A stretch of DNA of 64,000 nt from Octopus vulgaris (Eukaryota), in contig OX597822.1 of NCBI GenBank assembly GCA_951406725.2, positions 107,508,001 through 107,572,000 of the forward strand, written 5' to 3'. Positions within the stretch are counted from its first letter, which is position 1, and every line of letters begins with the position of its first letter. The notes below the pieces were generated by a model. The model was not told the origin of the DNA, did no database searches, and worked only from the letters and a program-made list of their open reading frames with translations. Positions 54,139 to 64,000 of this stretch are shown piece by piece. Position numbers and translations under genes: made by a program.

Positions 54139-54164
54139 ATACATATACACATATATATACATAT

Positions 54165-54217
<53 letters not shown>

Positions 54218-54308
54218 TATATACATATATGTACATATACATATATATATATATATACATATAGATATATATATATATATAAATATATATACATATATGT
54301 ACATATAC

Positions 54309-54355
<47 letters not shown>

Positions 54356-54366
54356 AATATATATAC

Positions 54367-54405
<39 letters not shown>

Positions 54406-54444
54406 TATATACATATACATATATATACATATACATATATATAT

Positions 54445-54505
<61 letters not shown>

Positions 54506-55213
54506 CAAATATATGTATGTATTTACACGCATATACATACATATAAGCACACACACATATATGTAGCTTAAGTAAATGCGAGCATAATATTAACATGTCG
54601 ATTCAACAATCTTTATTCACCATTTCCGTTTCCTCAGTAAGACCCTGAAATCCATTGTGTCACGCTGCATGCTTATTTAACCCCGATAAACACATCTAAT
54701 TTCTGTTACTGATTTCGGTCATTTCTACACTGCTCTTCCACTCTCTATGGAGACTGAAATGACTGCATGTAACAGCATGAATATGTAATCATTATATTCC
54801 TAAACCTGTATATACATGTGTCATTGGTTCAATCTCTTCCATTATTATAGTTTAAAATGTGATAAAAGAGATCCGTTGTCGACAAATTGCACGTAAGACA
54901 AGAGACTTCACTGTAATATAACTGTATATTTTGCATAAATATTCGTTTCTATATGCATATTTAAATGTCCATATTACAGACATTTTGTTCTTGTATAAAA
55001 ACTTAATCGATTATATGTATCTGAATAATATTTCCATGCATTAATAGTTTAGTATACTCATTTGAATAGTTCAATACTATTACAGAAATGGTTATCAATA
55101 AGGGCATTTTATCTATTGTCTGATGAACGGCGAATCGGGAACGGGGAAATATAATAATCCAGGGATATACAGATATACATATATGTATATGTATATATAC
55201 ATACATGCACACA

Positions 55214-55261
<48 letters not shown>

Positions 55262-55265
55262 CATA

Positions 55266-55318
<53 letters not shown>

Positions 55319-55989
55319 ATGTGTATTGTCATATTCATATGCAAACTTTCATATGCATGAATATATACTTATATCAAGCGCTTATATCTACTTACAAATA
55401 TATATATAAATCCATTCATTCCTATATATGAGTAAATAAGTATAACTAAATAAATAAATGAATTTTCATATGTATATATATGTGTGTGAGTGTGTGTGTG
55501 TGTGTGTATATATATTTGTATGTTTGTATAAATATATATGGGTGTCTGTGTATTTAATTTTGTAAATAGATTGAACCATTAAATATTTGATATACGAATT
55601 CTCTGTTGGAAACAATTACTTTAGTCTTTTTCCACTGAGTTCAGTGTGAAAACTTTACACAGATTGTTTATTATTGTTATGGGAAACTTTCTTCCGACGT
55701 TAACATTATGTTCATGACATCTGTTGGTCTTCAGTATTTTTACCCTCAGTATTCATAAATAGCAATATTTATGTAATGCCGCTTATAGGATACACTGTCT
55801 GTAATGGAAAAAATTCAGTTTTCTCTTCATTTTGTAATATTCACTTTTCCTTTTATATATTTTGAACAGTATCCTCTTTTCTTGCAGGTCCGAATAGTGG
55901 CTGTCATGCCGATGGTGGAGTATTTTATTTTTATTTCTGGGACGTTCTAAGATTTAACCAAATTCAAGTGTCTCAGTCTACGACCAGAA

Positions 55990-56211
55990 TAACTTTTTCT
56001 ATCAATTGCGCACAAGGACTGAAATTTTTCTCGGGAAGGGTGTAGTCAACTACATTGTGCCCAGTGTCCACTGGTTCTTATTTCAGCTATCTGAAAAGAA
56101 TGAAACTTCAAAGTCGACCATCGCGGTATTTGAACTCAGATCGTAAAGACGGACAAAACACCGCTCAGCATTTTATCCAGCATGCTAACGATTCTGCCAG
56201 TTCGCCGCCTT
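55990..56211 (-). mobile_element. Diverged SINE family C
   Basis: Reverse-complement head ctgccagttcgccgcctt and tttgaactcag. Confidence 0.75.
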
Positions 56212-59163
56212 GGTCCGCAACTAAATAATATATGCATTCTGATATATGAAGGTGTTCCGTAAATTTTCTCGCTTTAAGGTTATTGCGAAAGGCCTGGGTG
56301 GGTGTTCAACTTTCCGTGTTCTTTTACTGAGCTTAGTAAAACTGAATGTCCACTGCATTAAGTGTGTGAATCTGACAATGGAATATGTTGTATACAATCA
56401 TAATCAACTGACCCTCTTGTATACTTTTGACCCAAAGCTAAGAACTGTTCAGTACTCCTTTGTATGCAGTAAAGATCCCATACGTAGCACCAATCATTCA
56501 GGTCATATTTTTGGTTCACCTCCGCGCTCTCATTGACTACCCAACTTTCAAATTTCGAATGCATCTGACAATTGTCCCTACTACAGAATTTCATACCTAT
56601 TATCCCTTATGAGGCCTGGAAGTTTTCAAAATCTAGACATTTGCAAAATAAAGTTAGTTTTTTAAGAGTTGTTGCTCTTTAAATAAATAAAATTGTTTGC
56701 ATAATACTTCGAGTAGTTTGACGTAAAATGTGATTCTTCCAGTTTTCTTTTTATAAACAGGAACCTGTAGCAACAGTCATCGATTTCTGATTAGTTGGTT
56801 TTTTAATCACCATACTCATAGTAATTAGCAAAGAATTGAGGTTCCAAAGAAACACATTCCGAATTTTCTTTTATTACTCTACCTAAGATGTCTAATGACA
56901 ATTGTGACAACCTAGAAAAACGCTCTGAAATCACACAGGAGATTCGAACTCAAGTCTAACATTTTTCTAATCAGCTACTAGTTCCTGTGGCAATTTTATC
57001 TATCTTACATTAAAAACTCAAAATTCTGCACCCTTAATAATATCCTTAGTTTCCTGGTTTAATCTAAACATCTTGATATCAAGTAGTCAAAAGTACAAAA
57101 TGTACTTATAAGAACTAATAAGATATATATATTAAAATGTCTTACTCGAATCTTGATCAGTCAGTTGTACCTAGCAAAGAACCGACGACAAAACAATGAA
57201 ATTCAATCACAAGGAAACAAAATTGCACCGTCCATTTAAATGAACGTGTATGCATAGTTTTATCTATTCCATCTCACTCCGCGGTACTCAGTGCTGAGTA
57301 ATATATTAGAATCATTAAAACCCGGGAAAAGTATAAATACATAGAGAATGCCAGATTGAATTATAGTAAAGAATAGAAAGATATCTCATCGTTCTCTCTA
57401 GAAAAAAGGCTGGAATTTATAGATTTTCTCACGCTTATGCATCTTAAAATAGGGTTGGTTCTACCTAGTTCGATGTTGAGAATGTCTATATGATGAACAC
57501 ATTTTGGAATATTAAAATCAAATATTTGGAGTAGACAGTTGTAGGCGTTGGATCTTCATTGAAATGCACCACAATGCACGAGTTATTTTTTTATATTTTT
57601 GTGTAACACATATCGAACTTGGTACCAAGACTTAGTTTGCTTGAAACAACGTCACACACACGGCATCTCATAGTCTCGATACGTACGGCCAGTCGTCCAT
57701 AAATTGGATTCCTTTCCCGCAAGATGGAAGAAAAATGCTGACAGGAAAGGACAGATATTCTCTATAAGAGGAGACCTTATAAAGGACTAAATCCAGAGTT
57801 CTACTGGTATGCAAAATACTACATAATGGTCTGTGGATTATATGGTACAATAGCTGGTAAATGGTGCAATTATGTGGACATCTGACAAAAATTTAGGACA
57901 ATGAAGTTAAGAGGACTTGGTATTTGTGCCTGCAATTTTGGAGATGTCTAGCGTCTTAACTTTAGTAAGGAACTCTTTAAAGTAATGATACTTTCTGAAA
58001 AGTTCTTATATAGTACTGAAATACGCTTTTGAGCCATCTATAGCATTTCAGTAAGATATAATTTCTGTTGGGCATAATAAATCTTGTTCTGTATAAGTAT
58101 ACTCTGTTTAAGTATACTCTTCAGCACGCTTGTGTTTAACAATGCTTTTTTATATTTGATGGTGTTTTCACTCAGTTATCAAATGTAATTAGATAGTGTT
58201 TTTGATTTCCTCCTATTACGACGTCCAAAGTAAGTAATATGGTTAACATATCACTGTTTGAACTTGTCCTATACGATTTCGACGAAAGGATTACAAAAAT
58301 TAGATCAGATGTACTTGACGGATTTACATGATGTTTCGTGTGTTATGTTCTTGATAATTGTAATTCAACAAGAATGATTTTAAACTATTTCTATTGAAAC
58401 CTGCACGATATTATGATGCGAAATATCTCTCAAAATATGGCCGGAAGTTTTTATCCTTACTTTATATTTTACGTTTAAGGTATACAAAATTGAAATCAGA
58501 TGATATAGCAGATCTGTAATTTTGGGGTATTAATAAGTTTTACTATTTGATAAAATTCTGTTGTAATGTCAATCTTCTATATCAAAGACATTTCCATCAG
58601 TAGAGGCGCTTAGTAATATTCCAGCTAATGTTCTAAAAGGCCAGTAGTTAAAAACATATGGTATAATCTATTAATTTTTTGTTATCATTTTACTGGAATT
58701 CTTATATACCCCTTTTCATATTATAGTAGAGAAAAGTTAGCAATGATATACGTCATTCTTTCAATAGAGTTGAAGTTTATGGTTTCATTAGTTTATATCT
58801 AAGCCGAGGAATTTACAATGATTAAGTTACTGTCTTTCTTCATTGATAAAACTCCTTATGAAGTTTTCTCTAAATCTCTCAAATTCATGGCCTGCACTGT
58901 GTAATGTAACCGCAAATTCATCTTCTTTGTATCCTAATCTGATGTAGATGAATCTATGTTCTAACATGTCTACTATTACAAAATTTCAGATATATGTGAT
59001 ATCATTATTTTTTCGACGATATCCTATATTTCTGAAACTTCGTAAAACACGTACTGATATCGAATATACCTACTGGTTGTGAACTTTATACAGAGGCTTG
59101 TTCCCTATCAAAAACTGAGTCTTCTTAGACTGTTCGGTAATTTATAAGCTTGTTAACTATAAC

Positions 59164-59480
59164 AAGTGAAGGCGCATGGCTCAGTGGTTAGAGCATCGAG
59201 CTTACGGACCGGGCTGCGTGTTGTGTTCTTGAGCAAGGCACTTTATTTCACGTTGCTCCAGTTCACTCAGCCGTAGAAATGAGTTGCGATGTCACTGGTG
59301 CCAAGCTGTATCGACCTTTGTCTTCCCCTTGGATAACACTGGTGGCGTGGAGAGGGGAGGCTGGTATGCATGGGCGACTACTGGCCTTCCATAAACAACC
59401 TTGCCCGGACTTGTGTCTAGGAGGGTAACTTTCTAGGTGCAATCCCATGGTCATTCATGACCGAAGGGAGTCTTTATCTT
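59164..59480 (+). mobile_element. SINE family M with a 27-nt deletion removing the B box
   Basis: Aligns to 44067-44413; probable TSD CTATAACA. Confidence 0.88.
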
Positions 59481-60894
59481 ATCTATAACATTATAGGTTT
59501 TTGAAAATTGTGGGTACAGTTATGTGGAGGATATGATAAAGAATGGTGAAAATTAGCAGTGTCAAATTGAGTAAATCTAGAGTGCTGTAATCTATATTTA
59601 AATACCAGTTAATCATTTTGTTTGTTGTTCAAAGATGGTAGTCTAGAGCCTCTTCTAAAAATGTTATTTTTTCCGAGTATACCTCACTCAGTAATACTGA
59701 CGTCGCTGGTTTTATTAGGGTTAAGTTCATCTTTATGACCCTTAACGATTTTATAGATGAAAAACAAACCGCTACATCGAAAATTCAACTGACCAACAAA
59801 CTGGCGGAAATAATTTAATTGTGAAGATAATTCTTTAGAAAATTTAATTAAAACTGCTTTATTGAGTTTGACAATGACGGTGCTATTAATATTAAATAAT
59901 ACCATAATTCTTTCATCACATAAAGTTTCTTTATCTCCTACCTTGACTATTTTTATTCTGTTTGTAGGAAGTATAGTAACGATGATTTATTATCTATACA
60001 TGAAAGCGATAAATGTTAACATTACTCGTTCTCAGACAAACAAGTATCTATTTGTGGTAGTAGACACAAATTTTGTATAGTACACACATCGTACACACAC
60101 ACACACTCTTTCTCACACACATATACACACACATTCATACGAGTACGCGCACACACAAACACATACACACACATTTATATATATATATATATATATATAT
60201 AGTGGTACAGTGAAGCCGAAGATACCGAAGGCAAAGTAGTCAACTCCTTGAAATTTCGTTTATAAACACTACTAAACTTGTTTTATATTAATATTTCTTA
60301 CAGTGCAACACCCGCTCAATAATACAGTCCCTCAAGGGTCTATGTCAATGACCCTTTATCTCTCTCTATGTCTCTCTCACTTATTCTCAATCTGTATGTA
60401 TGTATACATAAATACATGTACATGAAGAGAGAGGGAGAGAGAAGGAGAGGGAGAGGGAGAGAGTTAGAGAGATAGAGAGAAAGAGCGTGTGTGCTATGTT
60501 AATGTGTTTAGACGTTGTATTTTTGTAAAAGAAAAGTTTCCAATTGTGCGTGAAAAATAGAAAACAACGTTTCTATTCAGCGGTTCAGGGGTCTAATTAT
60601 ACCGCCCTGGGCATTCGCCGAAGCATCGTTCTTTTATTAATACATTTTCCTATTTTATATGGTCATACTCAATCACTATATTTCTCTGCCTTTGTGTGAA
60701 ATCATCCGTTCATTCTCTCCGTATATAAAAGTATACCTACATTCAGAAGCACACAGATATACTGCATAGTATAAGGTTATAAATAAATGGGATAAATGGA
60801 AAATACGTGACTCTTCCTGGGATATTTATAGTGGATGTGAATCGAACAATTACCTCCGGCTACTGGAATGAAACCAGGTCAAGAACACGATTTT

Positions 60895-60943
<49 letters not shown>

Positions 60944-61439
60944 ATATCTACATCTACTGATGCACGTAGACATACGTAAGCACACACGCACATACACACA
61001 CATACGCGAACAAACACCCTGCCAAATATATCTCTCTCCTCCCCACTCTCCCTCTCTCTCTATACATATATATGCATACATATATATGTGTGTGTATGTG
61101 TGTGTGTGTGTGCGTGTGTGTACGTATATGAATGTGCAGAGTCCTCAGGGAAAATATGTTATTTCTAACTGAATCACGCCAATATTTTTGTCCAGCGTTG
61201 AATTTTGTTTTTATTTATAAATAACAATGTTATCATTATTGTTATTACTCAGTATAACAATGGCAATATTTTAATAACTGGATAATATTAAGAAGGCGAT
61301 CTGCCAGAAACGTTAGCACGCTGCGGTTAATTTGTCTGCGAGAATTTGGTTAGTAATTTTTGTTATTATTTATTGTTATTGTTGCCATTTATTGTTAAAT
61401 TTAGATATTTTGTTAACGTTCTACGTTCTGTTTTAACAG

Positions 61440-62270
61440 ACGGAGTGGAATGTCGTTCCCCTCCTTACTGAGGGGAAGATAATTTTTGAAATAATTTTAA
61501 GAAACATATTTATTTCTGGGAAAATGAATTCGGAGGAGAAGCCTTCTAACCTTGACCAAGCTATTGAAAGAGCAACTGTGAAAGAAGACAAAATGAATGG
61601 AAATGTGAACGAAAGCCACATAAATGCAGTAAACGGAAAAAGGAACCAAGAAGGAAAAATAAATGCTGAAAAAAATAAAATGAATAACAGAAAAGTAAAC
61701 CCAACAGAAGACAACTAAAAGAAGATTAATTTTGCCACCGCAGCCAATGTGAGAAATGATAAATTGAATATAAAGCCAGATTAACAGCGGCAATACAGAG
61801 GTATGTTCGAAAGGGAAGGTTTTGATGTTAAAACCAACCCTCCCTAACGAACTCGCTGAAGAAACAAAGAGGAAAATAATAACATATAAGACAATGAAAA
61901 TAAAAGACAAGAAAATACACAAGGCATCCAAAGAACAAATCGAGAAGCGACTACAACCCATCTGGCAAGACCTCGAGGTCTTGACCAGAGCGAGAGATAC
62001 ACCACAGAAGTGGTGTACTTCAAAAATTAGGAAAATGCTATGAAACACTTCCTTCAACCGCTAAAAACAAATGAAGTTATTTTATTACCAACTTATATAG
62101 GTAGGAGAACATTCAAAATAGTTATTGAGGAAATCCCTCCAGAAACAAATGTCATCTGGATTATCTCAATCCTTCTAATGGGGCTTGAAGAGAAAATCAA
62201 GATGATTGAAGCTTCCAGAATACAACAACAGAACTTAGTGGGCCAAGGGCTAGATATCATAACGCAAGCA
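61440..62270 (+). pseudogene. Probable decayed retrotransposon ORF1-like region
   Basis: Successive same-strand broken ORFs (61524, 61822, 62040) with purine-rich coding-like composition; no diagnostic motif recognised. Confidence 0.35.
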
Positions 62271-62419
62271 GTGTGGCCTTCCTCTCAGTCCCATCTTCTC
62301 ACCCCATTGTGCTGGTGCTGTCCTAAAATCCGAAAAAAATGCTACATTTCCTGTATTCCTCTGTGTAAGAGTGTTCGACCACGGTGCTGTCATCGTGGTG
62401 GTTTTTGTTGTCATTACCA

Positions 62420-62640
62420 TTCAGAGCAAACCCAACGCCAAATTCTCTACGTTGACCCTTAGGTAAGTCTCCCCCAAAGTTAGTATATCCATAAGTAGGT
62501 TCCTAGCTTTATTTATATGACCTTCATCAGAGAGACGAGCTTCAGAGAGCGCAACTATATCAAGGGAATATTTCTCATATTTCTCATAATACATAAATAT
62601 TTTTGAATTAATTTTTACAATCCAGCCGTCCTTGCACACA
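62420..62640 (-). pseudogene. RTE-clade LINE AP-endonuclease N-terminal fragment
   Basis: YSLDIVALSEARLSDEGHI followed, after frameshifts, by GYT...QRREFGVGFAL. Confidence 0.7.
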
Positions 62641-62986
62641 ATATTTCGTCTTTTTCTAAACCTGAAGTGACTTTATATATAAGAGAACTGCGATTATGTA
62701 TATCAGAAAATATACATATATATAGAAGTCGAAACAATTTGTTGGCTTTTTATGGTTTTTAATAATTATTTATGTTATATAATATTATGTTACGTTATAT
62801 TATATTCATAGTATTTAACGTAATATTGTAATATAAATAAATTAATGGACTGTCAAGAGTATATAATTTATCTTTATATGTGTCGTATTTGATTGCGTAT
62901 AAGAAGCACCTTTTCTTTACCCCAAAATTGTTTTAAAAATCCTCGTGCGTTCGATGCACTCAGTGTAGTCTCAAACTCGCGACTAA

Positions 62987-63066
62987 TGGTGAACTATCAC
63001 CTCCGGTATGCTTCTATCGAATGTATTGGTGAATGATCGCCTACGGTATGCTTATATCGAATGTGG
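62987..63066. repeat. Imperfect 2 x 40-bp tandem duplication
   Basis: TGGTGAA...CGGTATGCTT(C/A)TATCGAATGT occurs twice. Confidence 0.8.
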
Positions 63067-63209
63067 ATGCAATAAATTGCTTATAATTACCGGTAATAAC
63101 ATAAAGTTATACAGGTAAGTGGAGGAATTGAAACATTTTTGTGGTAATATATTCTACTGAAGTATAACTTACGCTTATGCACTCGTGCGTCTTATAGGCC
63201 ACAAATCCG

Positions 63210-63270
<61 letters not shown>

Positions 63271-63462
63271 AAATTAGAGAATGGAGAAACATACTTAAAT
63301 CAGTAAAACATCAACTATCTGATGGTACTCAATCCATACTTTAATACACCATTACATATGAGTAAAGGCAATATATAAAATGAAATGAGATATACAGTAA
63401 TAGTAAAAAGATAAAGAGATATAAGTAAAAAATTTCAAATATAATATGCAAATAAATCAAAA

Positions 63463-63570
63463 CTGACAGCTGTTTCGGCAGTGAGGGCAGTCATACCTCA
63501 TTTAACCTATAAGCCATAAAGGCAGGTATAAATGAGGCATTAACAAGGATGCCCCACGGCCTCTTCAGAG
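63463..63570 (-). ncRNA. Type I hammerhead ribozyme with an 85-nt stem II and palindromic stem III
   Basis: Minus strand: CTGAAGA-[GGC...GCC, long hairpin]-GAA-ACAGCTGT-C; C17 = 63465; stem I short (2 bp, 2 mismatches, 2 bp). Confidence 0.78.
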
Positions 63571-63924
63571 AATTAAATTAAATTTGTTATAATAGTGAAA
63601 AATATTATATAATCATATACATATAAATATAAAAATATAAAAATGTAAAATATAAAAACTTATACATCATAATGCTACACTTATATAATATAATACACAT
63701 TTGTACAAAAAAGGAAGGTAAACAGAACAAAATAAAACAAAATATATAACAGTGTATATATTAATATTAATAAGTACCGATATTATGCATATTTGGCTAA
63801 TAGTTTTTTTTATAAAAAAAAAAAAAAAAAAAAAAAAAACTAACACATATGGAGATGAAAAATAATAATTAAAACCATGGTACAGTTCATAAAATTCTAA
63901 AGCTATAAAAGTTAATAAAAATTA

Positions 63925-63932
63925 CTATTAAT

Positions 63933-63996
<64 letters not shown>
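63925..63996. repeat. (AAT)n microsatellite
   Basis: Direct reading. Confidence 0.97.

Positions 63997-64000
<4 letters not shown>

Noticed and set aside
55117-55160. CTGATGA-ACGGCGAATCGG-GAAC possible hammerhead
   Set aside because: GAAA, stem II closure and the cleavage triplet are all imperfect; at best a decayed motif that cannot be supported from one copy.
63813-63839. Poly(A) run as a processed pseudogene tail
   Set aside because: No upstream ORF or TSD; the adjacent ribozyme element is on the opposite strand.

Overview
AT-rich, microsatellite-saturated eukaryotic genomic DNA. The repeat inventory resembles an octopus/coleoid cephalopod genome; this is an inference from SINE types and microsatellite load, not a database result. 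No host protein-coding gene can be supported, and most ORFs in the track are translations of (TA)n/(CA)n/(AAT)n/(CAT)n repeats. Recognisable content: four tRNA-derived SINE families in many copies (several with TSDs); R4/Dong-type RLE LINEs stacked in (AAT)n tracts; a young 5'-truncated CR1-group LINE; decayed CR1-group and RTE LINE fragments; an internally deleted DD41D (rosa/Visitor-type) Tc1/mariner; and non-autonomous Helitron/Helentron elements. The most notable signal is non-coding. Three well-formed type I hammerhead ribozyme motifs (16366-16413 +, 50583-50626 +, 63463-63570 -) and one degenerate one (15871-15908) each lie in a different short ORF-less element next to TA-rich or other simple repeats. 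Two of them have adjacent inverted duplications. The inverted segment at 50383-50507 preserves an end-to-start junction, implying a ~356-nt circular or tandem template (retrozyme-like), and its hammerhead has a compensatory U3-A8 core.
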